Assembly: GCA_965204885.1 (NCBI GenBank)
Contig: OZ242019.1
Span: 1,514,053-1,578,052, forward strand
Length of the DNA stretch: 64,000 nucleotides
Origin: Dehalococcoidia bacterium
Lineage (GTDB): Bacteria > Chloroflexota > Dehalococcoidia > UBA6926
Reading direction: 5' to 3'
Of this stretch, positions 19,321 through 28,618 are shown piece by piece (positions within the stretch are counted from its first letter, which is position 1; each line of letters begins with the position of its first letter). The position numbers and the translations under genes are program-made. The notes under the pieces are model-generated. The model made no database searches, was not told the origin of the DNA, and worked only from the letters and a program-made list of their open reading frames with translations.

Positions 19321-20763
19321 ATGCAGCAGATACAGCGTCTTGTCGTCGTGTCGAACCGATTGCCGGCATCGACACTTCCCGACGCGTCGCAAGACCAGAG
19401 AAATCAACCTGTGGGCGGTCTTGTGTCTGCCGTGCAGTCAGCCCTTGAACAATACGGTGGCCTGTGGTTCGGGTGGAGCGGCACCACAACAGAGCGCCGC
19501 CTTGCTGTGGAACCGTCCGTCGCGCGCAGCGGCAGCATTGACGTTGGCGCGATGAACCTTACTGCCGATGAGGTCAATCTCTTTTACTCCGTCTTCGCCA
19601 ACCGCACTCTCTGGCCGCTTCTGCACGCCTTCCCCAATTTCGTTCACCTTCGCCATGACGCGTATCGAGGGTATCGACGCGTCAATCGTAGATTTGCTCA
19701 AGGCCTCTACCCCCTCCTTCGAACCGGCGACGCCGTTTGGGTGCAGGACTATCATCTGATCCCACTGGGTTCGGAACTGCGTCGGATGGGATGGCAAGGC
19801 AAGATCGGCTTTTTCCTGCATACGCCGTTCCCCGCCGCAGAGGTCTTCTCGATCCTTCCGTGGGCGAGGCAGCTCCTTGAAGAGTTTGTCAACTATGACC
19901 TGGTGGGATTCCACACGAATCGGTACGCCCACAACTTCCTTGACACCCTGCAAGCGGAGATCGGAGGCGCCATTGACGCGGGCGTGTTTGATGGCCGATC
20001 GGGGACAGTTGGAGCGGGTGTTTATCCCATCGGAACCGACCCGGATCAATTCCAGAAATGGACGCGTGAATCAGGTGAAACGGAGACGACGGGCCTGCTG
20101 CAGCGACTCCTGCCGCGCCGCCCGGTTGAACGCAAGAAAGTCGTGCTCGGCGTCGACCGGCTTGATTACTCAAAGGGAATCCCTCAGAGACTCAGAGCGT
20201 TTGAGGCGATGCTTGATCGGTACCCGGCCGTCCGGGGCAAGGTCACCATGATTCAAATTTCCGCGCCCTCGCGCAGCCGCGTGCCGGAATATGTCCAGGA
20301 ACGCGAACGGGTGGACGGACTGGTCGGGCGCATCAACGGACGATTTGCTGAGGCGGACTGGGTGCCTGTTCACTATCTCTACCGCTCCTACAACCAGGAG
20401 GAATTGGCCGGCTTCTTCCGCGAGGCGGACGTCTGCCTCGTGACCCCGCTCCGGGACGGTATGAACCTTATCGCCAAAGAATTCGTTGCATCCCAGGGCG
20501 CTGATCCCGGCGTTCTGGTGTTATCCCGTTTCTGCGGCGCCGCCGAGACGATGCGGGAAGCGTTGATCGTCAACCCCTACGACCTTGAGGGCACCGCGGA
20601 GGCCATGCATAGCGCCCTGTCCATGACGCATCGTGAACGACGCCGTCGGTGGATGGCCCTGAATGAGGACGTACAGTTAAACACCGCCAAGGCTTGGGCC
20701 GACAACTTCCTTGCGGACCTTACTGCAGGCCGCAATACGTACGTCCCTCAATCCGCAATATAA
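19321..20763 (+). CDS. otsA: Alpha,alpha-trehalose-phosphate synthase (GT20)
   Basis: 'RLVVVSNRLP', 'LWPLLH', 'GFFLHTPFP', C-terminal 'PLRDGMNLIAKEF'. ATG at 19321 with AGGGGG 8 nt upstream. Confidence 0.9.
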   Translation: MQQIQRLVVVSNRLPASTLPDASQDQRNQPVGGLVSAVQSALEQYGGLWFGWSGTTTERRLAVEPSVARSGSIDVGAMNLTADEVNLFYSVFANRTLWPLLHAFPNFVHLRHDAYRGYRRVNRRFAQGLYPLLRTGDAVWVQDYHLIPLGSELRRMGWQGKIGFFLHTPFPAAEVFSILPWARQLLEEFVNYDLVGFHTNRYAHNFLDTLQAEIGGAIDAGVFDGRSGTVGAGVYPIGTDPDQFQKWTRESGETETTGLLQRLLPRRPVERKKVVLGVDRLDYSKGIPQRLRAFEAMLDRYPAVRGKVTMIQISAPSRSRVPEYVQERERVDGLVGRINGRFAEADWVPVHYLYRSYNQEELAGFFREADVCLVTPLRDGMNLIAKEFVASQGADPGVLVLSRFCGAAETMREALIVNPYDLEGTAEAMHSALSMTHRERRRRWMALNEDVQLNTAKAWADNFLADLTAGRNTYVPQSAI

Positions 20764-20790
20764 TGTCGGACACAGTTGGGATAATTTGCG

Positions 20791-21546
20791 ATGCGAACCC
20801 TTATTGTTTCGGACATTCACTCGAACATCGTCGCGCTTGACGCGGTCCTGCGCGATGCGAACGCGCGCGGCCCCGTCGACAACATCTGGTCGCTGGGGGA
20901 TATGGTCGGATACGGGCCGCATCCCAACGAGTGTCTCGACACCCTGCGCGGCTTTGACCACATAAGTGTTGCCGGCAACCACGACCTTGGGGCTATCGGC
21001 GCTATCTACTTGGGCACATTCAATGAAGAGGCAGCCATTGCCTGCGAATGGAACGGCAAACAACTTACACCGGAGAATCGCGCCTATCTTGAGGACTTGC
21101 CGAGAGTCGTGAAGCAGGGTGAATTCACTCTGGCCCACGGCTCCCTCCGCGACCCTGTCTGGGAATACCTCATACATGAGGAAGCGGCGCGCGCGTCCTT
21201 TGATCTGCTGGAGACGCCATTCCTGCTGGTGGGGCATTCCCATCTGCCCCTGATTTTTGAAGAGATCTTCGCCGGGCCGAACTCCCCGCAGCGCGTTCAT
21301 GCCATGGGCCGTCTCAACCATGGTTCCCTCATCCACCTGCCCAATGATGTTCGCCTCATTATCAACCCCGGCAGCGTGGGGCAGCCCCGTGACAGAGATC
21401 CTCGCGCTGCCTACGTCATGCTTGATTCAGACGCACGAACGCTCACACAGTTCCGCGTCGAATACGATACGGAATCCGCGCAGAAACATTTCACAGACGC
21501 CGGTCTGCCTGCCAGCCTGGCCGAACGTCTTGCATACGGTCTCTAG
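20791..21546 (+). CDS. Calcineurin-like metallophosphoesterase
   Basis: 'VSDIHSN', 'SLGDMVGYGP', 'GNHD', 'GHSH' metal-binding blocks. Confidence 0.8.
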   Translation: MRTLIVSDIHSNIVALDAVLRDANARGPVDNIWSLGDMVGYGPHPNECLDTLRGFDHISVAGNHDLGAIGAIYLGTFNEEAAIACEWNGKQLTPENRAYLEDLPRVVKQGEFTLAHGSLRDPVWEYLIHEEAARASFDLLETPFLLVGHSHLPLIFEEIFAGPNSPQRVHAMGRLNHGSLIHLPNDVRLIINPGSVGQPRDRDPRAAYVMLDSDARTLTQFRVEYDTESAQKHFTDAGLPASLAERLAYGL

Positions 21547-21557
21547 GGCGCGACGGC

Positions 21558-22244
21558 GTGAGGCAGACGGCGGTCAATTTCTTCTCGACCGATGATTTAA
21601 CGCTTGAAGGCATCATCGCAGAGCCGTCCGGGGAGGAGATTCCGGAGGGCGGTGGTGATCTCCCCGGTGTCGTCTTCTGTTCCCCTGAACCGCATCTGGG
21701 CGGCACAATGCTCAGTCCCGTCATCGAGGCGCTGACACGGGAAGTCACTCCCCGCGGGTTTGTCTCGTTTCGATTCAACTATCGCGGTGTTGGCGAATCC
21801 CGGGGCGAGAACGCCTTGGGGGAGGGACAGGTGTCAGATGCCCTCGCTGCAATAGACATGCTGCGGGAATGGCCGGGCGTCGATGGGCAGCGGCTTGGCA
21901 TCGTCGGCTATTCGTTTGGCGCAAGCATCGCCCTGCGCGTCGCTGCCCGACGACCGGAAGGCGTGCGGGCAGTCGTCGCGGTGTCACCGATACTGGATAT
22001 TCCCTTGATCGGCATTCCCACGGAGAGCGGACTATCAAGCGTAAACGTGCCCGTGAGGTTCCTGATAGGGGGCGACGACGGGCTTACAACACCGGAAAAA
22101 TTGGGCGCGTGGGTTGACGGCATTGGGCGTGATGATGTGACCGCGATGGCGCTCGAGGGCGCAGACCGCGCTTGGCAGACCAGCCGCCCCGCGCTTGCTG
22201 CTGCAACGGCCGGTTTCCTGGATCAGATGATGGCTCTCCGTTGA
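21558..22244 (+). CDS. Alpha/beta hydrolase (dienelactone-hydrolase-like)
   Basis: Nucleophile elbow 'GYSFGA'; about 228 aa. Confidence 0.7.
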   Translation: MRQTAVNFFSTDDLTLEGIIAEPSGEEIPEGGGDLPGVVFCSPEPHLGGTMLSPVIEALTREVTPRGFVSFRFNYRGVGESRGENALGEGQVSDALAAIDMLREWPGVDGQRLGIVGYSFGASIALRVAARRPEGVRAVVAVSPILDIPLIGIPTESGLSSVNVPVRFLIGGDDGLTTPEKLGAWVDGIGRDDVTAMALEGADRAWQTSRPALAAATAGFLDQMMALR

Positions 22245-22329
22245 CACGGAACGCGCCCGTACCTACGATTCTGACTTGAGACGTTCACGACAAGAGAGCC
22301 GGACAAGTACAAGCAGGGAGGCAAACTAG

Positions 22330-22629
22330 ATGGCGACGTACGTGTTGCTTAGCACGCTAACGGATGAGGGGCGCAAGACCGTAAAGCATCGGCCTGAGCG
22401 GATCCAGGAAGTGAATCGTGAGATTGAGGCGTGGGGCGCAAAGGTTATGGCCCAGTACGCCGTGCTCGGCAACTATGACTTCGTCAACATCGTTGAGGCT
22501 CCCGACAATGAGACGATCGCGAGAGTCTCCCTGGAACTGGGGGCGCGCGGCACTATCCAGATAGTCTCGCTGCCCGCATTCCCCATCGAGCAATTCATCG
22601 CCCAACTCGCCAAAACCCGCGACAACTAG
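22330..22629 (+). CDS. GYD-domain protein
   Basis: 99 aa; 'GNYDFV' motif and overall GYD-family pattern. Confidence 0.7.
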   Translation: MATYVLLSTLTDEGRKTVKHRPERIQEVNREIEAWGAKVMAQYAVLGNYDFVNIVEAPDNETIARVSLELGARGTIQIVSLPAFPIEQFIAQLAKTRDN

Positions 22630-23651
22630 GCCAAAACGTCCCTGATGTAGGACACGTAGTCCGAAAAACGGCGCGGCGCAAAACCGAACGCCTGCTCAAC
22701 CGAATCGAGCGCCGTCACGTTGTCCACCCGCAGCTGGCTTAGCTCCGCTGTGGTTATCGGCGGATCCTTCAGCACACGCCCCATAACCGCCGCCCCAAGC
22801 TGGATGGCGAATCGCGGCATGGGCAGGCTGTAGACGCGCCTGATTCCCAATTCACTGGCGAAGGCCCGCGCAATGTCCGCGAGCGCGATCTGCTCCGGCC
22901 CGCCGATTTCATAGGTCTGTCCCGCCCGCTCCGGTTCTGTCACGCACAACGTCAGTGCCGTGGCAAGATCGCTCACGTACATCGGCTGCAGCAAGGTGCG
23001 CCCTCCGTTCGGGAACGGCAGCAACGCCACCGGACCTGTCCGCAGCAGCTTGACCGTTCGCCGTGAAACCGCGTCGGACACGCCAAGCACCAGCGATGGC
23101 TTGACCACCGTCCACTCCAGCCCGCTGTTCGTCACGGTTTCCTCCGCCTGCCAGCGCGACCGCCCGTACGGCATCTCCGGATCATCGGACGCTCCAAGAA
23201 TCCCCATATAGACCAGGCGGTTTGTTCCCACGTCTTTCATGGCGTCGATGAGCGACTGTGTCGTGCCCACGTTGGTATCGCCAAATGAACGTCCCTCCGT
23301 TTCGCGGATGATGCCGACCGCGTGGACGACGGTGTCCGCGCCGGAAACGGCGTCACGCACCGCGTTCCAATCGCGGGCGTCCCCCTCAATGACTTCAACC
23401 GCCTCACGCAGGACGGCCTCGCCCCGATCGGCGCGGTCGCGCGCGGCGACAACGTCATCACGCGTTAGCTTGCCTATGCTGGCCAGTGTCTCCACCGCCT
23501 CGAAAGCGACGCCAAGTGAACGCCGCGCATCGCTGAATACCCTCTCCGGCGAGCGGGAGAGGACGCGTATCGGGCCGTGACCCGCAGCCACCAGTGTTGC
23601 CACAAGGTGCCGCCCCACGAACCCTGAGCCGCCCAGCACCGTAACCTTCAA
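22626..23651 (-). CDS. NAD(P)-binding Rossmann-fold protein (NmrA / complex-I NDUFA9-like epimerase family)
   Basis: N-terminal 'MKVTVLGGSGFVGRHL'. Convergent with the GYD gene, with a 4-nt stop overlap. Confidence 0.7.
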   Translation of the reverse strand: MKVTVLGGSGFVGRHLVATLVAAGHGPIRVLSRSPERVFSDARRSLGVAFEAVETLASIGKLTRDDVVAARDRADRGEAVLREAVEVIEGDARDWNAVRDAVSGADTVVHAVGIIRETEGRSFGDTNVGTTQSLIDAMKDVGTNRLVYMGILGASDDPEMPYGRSRWQAEETVTNSGLEWTVVKPSLVLGVSDAVSRRTVKLLRTGPVALLPFPNGGRTLLQPMYVSDLATALTLCVTEPERAGQTYEIGGPEQIALADIARAFASELGIRRVYSLPMPRFAIQLGAAVMGRVLKDPPITTAELSQLRVDNVTALDSVEQAFGFAPRRFSDYVSYIRDVLA

Positions 23652-23713
23652 CTACAACCTCTCCTGCTTGTTCTGCATCACTCCATCATTGCCAGTCTAC
23701 CTGCGCCCCCACC

Positions 23714-23785
23714 GTCATTCCCGCCCCCTTCGTCATTCCCGCGAAAGCGGGAATCCAGAATACCCTCCCCCTTGCTGGGGGAGGG
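23714..23785. repeat. REP-like hairpin repeat cluster, locus 1: truncated copy 'GTCATTCCCGC', full copy 'GTCATTCCCGCGAAAGCGGGAATCCAG', plus an 8-bp hairpin 'CCCTCCCC-CTTGCT-GGGGAGGG'
   Basis: Perfect 8-bp stem 'ATTCCCGC/GCGGGAAT' closed by a GAAA tetraloop. The same unit recurs at 25717, 27427 and 30501-30670. Confidence 0.8.
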
Positions 23786-23903
23786 TTAGGGTGGGGGTGA
23801 ACCCCCGCAACTACCTTGCCCCTCCTAATCACCCAATGCTATTCTCGCGGCGTGCGTGGGGTAGCCCGCGCGCCAATGGGGATAAACGGGGGAGGGCTGA
23901 TTC

Positions 23904-24782
23904 ATGGCCAACTACGAAAACGTCCTGTATGAAAAGCAGCGCAAGGGTGTCCTGATAACCCTCAACAGGCCGGAGCGGCTTAATGCCATCAGCCCCGACC
24001 TTGAGCGGGAACTCCATGAGGCGCTCGACGAGGCGGAGGCTGATCCTGAGGTTCGCGCCATCGTCCTCACCGGAGCGGGCAGGGCATTCTCATCCGGGTA
24101 TGACATCTCCGGCGAGGCCGAGTTCGAGTGGCCCTACGCGCTGCCCAAGAACACAAGCGTCGCCGCGCACCTTGACCACTGGCGCACGTCGGACCGCAGG
24201 AACATGCGCTATTTCCTGCACCTGTGGGAACTCACCAAGCCCGTCATTGCCGCGGTGAACGGGTGGTGCATGGGCGGCGGCTCCTGGTACGCCAACGCGG
24301 CCCACATGACCCTTGCCGCGGATAACGCCGTCTTCGCCCAGCCGGAAGTCCGCCACATGGACAACACCAGCTTCTTCTGGGTGCTCAACGCGGGCTACAA
24401 GCACGCCCTCCGCTACGCGCTGACGGGCGACCACATTGACGCCGAGGAGGCCCTCCGCATCGGCATCGTCAACACGATCGTCCCCGCCGATGACCTGCTC
24501 GACGAAGCATTCAAGATTGTCGAGCGCATTGCCCTTGTCTCGCCCGAGACGGTCAAGATCAACCTCTATGTCGCGACGATGGGTCTCGAGATGATGGGAC
24601 TCCACAACGCCCTGAATCTCAACGCCGAACTATCCGCGCTCGCCCACACGTCCGTGAGCGAGGAGGGTCGCCGTTCGTTCGTGGAGGCGCAGGAAAAGGG
24701 CGGCTTGCGCGGCTACCTTGAAGCCCGCGACGGCCCCTTCCAGCCGGAGCCCTTCGGCCCCCGCTCCCGCCCACGAGAGTAA
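23904..24782 (+). CDS. Enoyl-CoA hydratase/isomerase (crotonase) family protein, paralogue 1
   Basis: 'LITLNRPERLNAIS', 'VLTGAGRAFSSGYD', 'AAVNGWCMGGG'. Conserved C-terminal tail 'RDGPFQPEPFGPRS'. Confidence 0.85.
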   Translation: MANYENVLYEKQRKGVLITLNRPERLNAISPDLERELHEALDEAEADPEVRAIVLTGAGRAFSSGYDISGEAEFEWPYALPKNTSVAAHLDHWRTSDRRNMRYFLHLWELTKPVIAAVNGWCMGGGSWYANAAHMTLAADNAVFAQPEVRHMDNTSFFWVLNAGYKHALRYALTGDHIDAEEALRIGIVNTIVPADDLLDEAFKIVERIALVSPETVKINLYVATMGLEMMGLHNALNLNAELSALAHTSVSEEGRRSFVEAQEKGGLRGYLEARDGPFQPEPFGPRSRPRE

Positions 24783-24817
24783 CCCCATAACCAACGCAGA
24801 AAGGAGCAACCAGAACG

Positions 24818-25708
24818 GTGCCCAATTACGAATACGTCCTATACGAGAAGCAGCGCAAGGGCGCTCTCATCACTTTGAACCGCCCGGAGGCGCTCAACGC
24901 AATTAGCCCGCAGATGGAGGATGAACTCCACCTGGCGCTCGACGAAGCGGAGGCTGACCCCGAGGTTCGCGCCGTCGTCCTAACGGGAGCGGGCAGGGCA
25001 TTCTCCGCCGGATACGACCTCGGCGCACCGGACGCCCCAATGCGCGAGTTCGTCTGGCCGTACGGCGTCGCACCCGGCCAGAACGTCGCGGAACTGCTGG
25101 ATTCATGGCGCACGAATGACAATGGCGGAGTCCGCAAGCTCCTCCACATGTGGGAGCTAACCAAGCCCGTTATCGGCGCTATCAACGGCTGGTGCATGGG
25201 CGGCGCGTCTTGGTACGCCACCGCAACCCACATGACGCTCGCCTCGGATCAGGCAGTCTTCGGCCAGCCTGAGGTACGCCACATCTCCAATACCAGCTTC
25301 TTCTGGGTGCTGTCCGCCGGCTATAAGAACGCGCTGCGCTATTCGCTGACCGGCGACCACATCGACGCTGAAGAAGCCCTGCGCATCGGCATCGTCAACA
25401 AGATTGTCCCGCACGAGGACTTGCTCGATGAGGCATTCCAGCTTGTGGAGCGTATCGCGCTGGTGTCGCCGGAGACGGTCAAGATCAACTTGTACGTCGC
25501 GACAATGGGCCTTGAGATGATGGGTCTCGCCAACGCCCTCAAGCTGAACGGTGAATTGTCCGCTCTCGCCCACTCGTCGAGTCGTGAGGATTACCGCAAG
25601 GAGATGTTCGATGGCCTCGAACAGGGCGGCCTGCGATCGTTCCTCACCGTGAGGGACGGCCCATTCCAGCCGGAGCCCTTCGGCCCCCGCTCAAAGGTCA
25701 GAGACTAA
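24818..25708 (+). CDS. Enoyl-CoA hydratase/isomerase family protein, paralogue 2
   Basis: 'MPNYEYVLYEKQRKG...' and the same blocks as paralogue 1. Confidence 0.85.
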   Translation: MPNYEYVLYEKQRKGALITLNRPEALNAISPQMEDELHLALDEAEADPEVRAVVLTGAGRAFSAGYDLGAPDAPMREFVWPYGVAPGQNVAELLDSWRTNDNGGVRKLLHMWELTKPVIGAINGWCMGGASWYATATHMTLASDQAVFGQPEVRHISNTSFFWVLSAGYKNALRYSLTGDHIDAEEALRIGIVNKIVPHEDLLDEAFQLVERIALVSPETVKINLYVATMGLEMMGLANALKLNGELSALAHSSSREDYRKEMFDGLEQGGLRSFLTVRDGPFQPEPFGPRSKVRD

Positions 25709-25716
25709 TCCCGCCC

Positions 25717-25743
25717 GTCATTCCCGCGAAAGCGGGAATCCAG
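25717..25743. repeat. REP-like hairpin repeat, locus 2 (single full copy 'GTCATTCCCGCGAAAGCGGGAATCCAG')
   Basis: Exact copy of the locus-1 unit, 9 nt after the paralogue-2 stop. Confidence 0.8.
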
Positions 25744-25801
25744 AACGCCAAAACAAACCAACCAGAACAAGACAGAGCAGAAGAAAAGAAAGGAAAAGAA
25801 A

Positions 25802-26683
25802 GTGGGCAGCTACGAAAACATCCTGTATGACAAGCAGCGTAAGGGCGTCCTCATCACCCTCAACCGCCCTGAGGCGCTGAACGCCCTCAGCCGCGACCTT
25901 GAGGACGAACTGCACGTCGCGCTGGATGAGGCAGAGGCGGATCCTGAGGTTCGCTACATCATTCTGACCGGCGCCGGGCGCGCATTCTCCGCGGGTTACG
26001 ATATCGCCGGTGGCCGCGCCCCGACAGTCTGGCCGTATGGCCTGCCGGAGGGCTCCAACATCGCCCAGATGCTGGATGACTGGCGCACGCGCGACAAGCC
26101 GGATCGCTTCATGCACCTGTGGGAGCTCACCAAGCCCGTCATCGCCGCCGTCAACGGCTGGTGCATGGGCGGAGGCTCCTGGTACGCGCTGTTCTCACAC
26201 ATGACCTACGCGTCCGAGACCGCCGTATTCTCGCAGCCTGAGGTCCGCATGATCTCCAACACGAGCTTCATCTGGACCCTCAACGCGGGCTACAAGCACG
26301 CCCTGCGCTACAGCCTCACTGGCGACCACATCGACGCCGAAGAGGCCCTCCGCATCGGCATCATCAACCAGATCATCCCGCAGGACGACCTGATTGAAGA
26401 GTGCTTCAAGATCGGTGAGCGCATCGCGCTGGTGTCGCCGGAGACGGTCAAGATCAACCTCTACGTTGCGACCATGGGCCTTGAGATGATGGGTCTGCGG
26501 AATGCCCTCATCCTCAACGGCGAGCTTTCCGCTTTCGCCCACGCCTCCAAGCGTGAGGACGTCATGCGCCCGCTGGAGCAGGCACGCGAAGAGGGTGGCA
26601 TGCGCGGCTTCCTCCAGCAGCGCGACGGCCCCTTCCAGCCGGAACCCTTTGGCCCTCGCTCAGCCGCCGCACGCGGCAACTAA
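25802..26683 (+). CDS. Enoyl-CoA hydratase/isomerase family protein, paralogue 3
   Basis: GTG start; 'MGSYENILYDKQRKG...'; same conserved blocks and C-terminal tail. Confidence 0.85.
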   Translation: MGSYENILYDKQRKGVLITLNRPEALNALSRDLEDELHVALDEAEADPEVRYIILTGAGRAFSAGYDIAGGRAPTVWPYGLPEGSNIAQMLDDWRTRDKPDRFMHLWELTKPVIAAVNGWCMGGGSWYALFSHMTYASETAVFSQPEVRMISNTSFIWTLNAGYKHALRYSLTGDHIDAEEALRIGIINQIIPQDDLIEECFKIGERIALVSPETVKINLYVATMGLEMMGLRNALILNGELSAFAHASKREDVMRPLEQAREEGGMRGFLQQRDGPFQPEPFGPRSAAARGN

Positions 26684-26710
26684 CGCCGAAGCGTCAATAC
26701 GGTGAACAGG

Positions 26711-26738
26711 GTAGGGGCGGCCAACCGGCCGCCCCTAC
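26711..26738 (+). terminator. Strong G/C hairpin (12-bp stem, 4-nt loop) after crotonase paralogue 3; no U-tract
   Basis: 'GTAGGGGCGGCC-AACC-GGCCGCCCCTAC' is perfectly complementary. It is followed by an AT-rich 'CTATATAAAATG' leading into the next start. Confidence 0.45.
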
Positions 26739-26753
26739 ATCTACCTATATAAA

Positions 26754-27419
26754 ATGAACCTTTCCATTGACCCCCAAGCCACCGCGCTCGTGATGATTGA
26801 TATGCAGAACGACTTCTGCCACGCGGACGGTTTCTATGCCAAGGCGGCGGAACGCATTGAACCGCTCGGCCTCGATCCCCAGCTTGTGATTGACGGCATT
26901 CCGCCCATGCAATCGCTCCTTGAGGCGGGGCGTGAGGCCGGCCTCTTCATCGTCCACACCCGAATTGAGCGCGACGATTCACCAGACGCCGTCCATCTCA
27001 TCCACAGCGTCGTTGCGCAGACCTTTGGGGCAGTGGCGGACACTCCCGGCGGCCCCGCCCTCATGCCCGGCACATGGGGCGCGGACATTCACGATGCCCT
27101 TGCGCCGCAGAATGGTGAGTATGTCGTCACCAAGCGCAGCTTTTCAGCGTTCTTTGGCACCGATCTAGAGACCGCCCTGCGACGCCGCGGCATCCGCACT
27201 GTCATCCTCGCAGGCACAATCACCTACGCCTGCGTTCTCCACACCGCCTTCGATGCCAACGTGCGCGATCTCGACGTCATCGTGGCTTCAGACGGTACTG
27301 CCTCATGGGCCCCAGACCTGCAACAACCCACACTCCGCATCGTCGATCTCATTCTCGGCGGCACCGCAGCCACCGGCGAAATCATCGAAGCCCTCGCCCT
27401 CGCCACCCACAAGCGATAA
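26754..27419 (+). CDS. Isochorismatase-family (cysteine) hydrolase
   Basis: 'LVMIDMQNDF', 'TVILAGTITYACVLHTAFDA' (the Cys should be catalytic). Confidence 0.8.
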   Translation: MNLSIDPQATALVMIDMQNDFCHADGFYAKAAERIEPLGLDPQLVIDGIPPMQSLLEAGREAGLFIVHTRIERDDSPDAVHLIHSVVAQTFGAVADTPGGPALMPGTWGADIHDALAPQNGEYVVTKRSFSAFFGTDLETALRRRGIRTVILAGTITYACVLHTAFDANVRDLDVIVASDGTASWAPDLQQPTLRIVDLILGGTAATGEIIEALALATHKR

Positions 27420-27426
27420 CCTCATC

Positions 27427-27474
27427 GTCATTCCCGCCGCCTCTGTCATTCTGAGCGCAGCGAAGAATCTAAAA
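27427..27474. repeat. REP-like repeat, locus 3: 'GTCATTCCCGCC' plus variant unit 'GTCATTCTGAGCGCAGCGAAGAATCTAAAA'
   Basis: Shares the GTCATTC...GAATC frame with loci 1, 2 and 4. The variant unit matches locus-4 'GTCATTCCGAGCGCAGCCGAGGAATCTAAAG'. Confidence 0.75.
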
Positions 27475-27547
27475 CCTCCATTGCGCCCCGCCCCGTCCCC
27501 TTTGCTACCATGTGGGAAACAACCCCGCAACAGAAAGCGAGCAAACA

Positions 27548-28429
27548 ATGCCTAACTACGAAACCGTCCTCTATGAGAAACAGCGCAACGGTGTCCTGAT
27601 CACCCTGAACCGACCCGAAACACTCAATGCCATTAGCCGCCAATTGGAACACGATGTCTCCGAGGCGCTAACCGAGGCGGAGAACGATCCCGAAGTCCGC
27701 GCCATCGTCCTGACCGGCGCAGGCCGCGCCTTCTCCTCCGGCTATGACATCGGTGCAGGCCGCGGCGCCACGGTATGGCCGTACGGACTACCTGAAGGCA
27801 CGAGCGTCGCTGCCATCCTCGATGACTGGCGCGACCGATCCCGCGACGAGACCGCCAAGCTGCTCCAGATCTGGGAACTCACCAAGCCCGTCATCGCCGC
27901 CGTCAACGGCTGGTGCATGGGCGGCGGCTCATGGTACGCCCTCGCCTCTCACATGACCTACGCGGCGGAGGAGGCCGTCTTCGCCCAGCCGGAAATCCGC
28001 ATGATCTCCAACACCAACTTCTTCTGGACGCTCAACGCCGGCTACAAGCACGCCCTCCGCTACGGCCTCACAGGCGACCACATTGATGCCCAGGAGGCGC
28101 TGCGAATCGGCCTCGTGAACGATGTTGTTCCCGGTGACGACCTGCTCGAGCATTGCTTCCGCGTTGTTGAGCGCATCGCGTTGGTCTCGCCGGAAACGGT
28201 CAAGATAAACCTCTACGTCGCGACGATGGGCCTTGAGATGATGGGGCTCCGCAACGCGCTCATCCTGAACGACGAGCTTTCCGCCCATGTCCAGAGCTCC
28301 CAGCGCGAGGACTTCAAACGCGAGATGATGGACGCCCAGAAGGAGGGCGGCCTCCGCGCCTTCCTGCAGGTTCGCGACGGCCCCTTCCAGCCCGAACCCT
28401 TCGGGCCCCGCTCACGGGTAAGAGAGTAA
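27548..28429 (+). CDS. Enoyl-CoA hydratase/isomerase family protein, paralogue 4
   Basis: Start set at 'MPNYETVLYEKQRNG' by homology to the other three (the ORF-track start at 27512 adds 12 aa). Same blocks and C-terminal tail 'RDGPFQPEPFGPRS'. Confidence 0.85.
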   Translation: MPNYETVLYEKQRNGVLITLNRPETLNAISRQLEHDVSEALTEAENDPEVRAIVLTGAGRAFSSGYDIGAGRGATVWPYGLPEGTSVAAILDDWRDRSRDETAKLLQIWELTKPVIAAVNGWCMGGGSWYALASHMTYAAEEAVFAQPEIRMISNTNFFWTLNAGYKHALRYGLTGDHIDAQEALRIGLVNDVVPGDDLLEHCFRVVERIALVSPETVKINLYVATMGLEMMGLRNALILNDELSAHVQSSQREDFKREMMDAQKEGGLRAFLQVRDGPFQPEPFGPRSRVRE

Positions 28430-28457
28430 TTCTCTGCACGTACAATTGAATAAGCGG

Positions 28458-28532
28458 GCGGGGGTAGCTCAGTGGTAGAGCTCCTGCCTTCCAAGCAGGT
28501 TGTCGCGGGTTCAATTCCCGTCCCCCGCTCCA
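28458..28532 (+). tRNA. tRNA-Gly (anticodon TCC), CCA encoded
   Basis: Folded by hand: acceptor GCGGGGG/CCCCCGC, D arm GCTC-AGTGGTA-GAGC, anticodon stem CCTGC/GCAGG with loop CTTCCAA, T arm GCGGG-TTCAATT-CCCGT. 75 nt. Confidence 0.85.
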
Positions 28533-28618
28533 CTAACTCCCGTAGATCTCTGGCCGCCAAAGCCGGAACGCGGAATGCCTACGCTTTTACCATTCCAGCG
28601 TGATCGCGAACTTGAAAA

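Noticed and set aside
23668-23955. 95-aa ORF 'MFCITPSLPVYLRPHRHSRPLRHSRESGNPEYPP...'
   Set aside because: It is a read-through of the REP hairpin repeats: 'RHSRESGNP' is the translation of GTCATTCCCGCGAAAGCGGGAATCC. There is no RBS, and it overlaps the start of crotonase paralogue 1.
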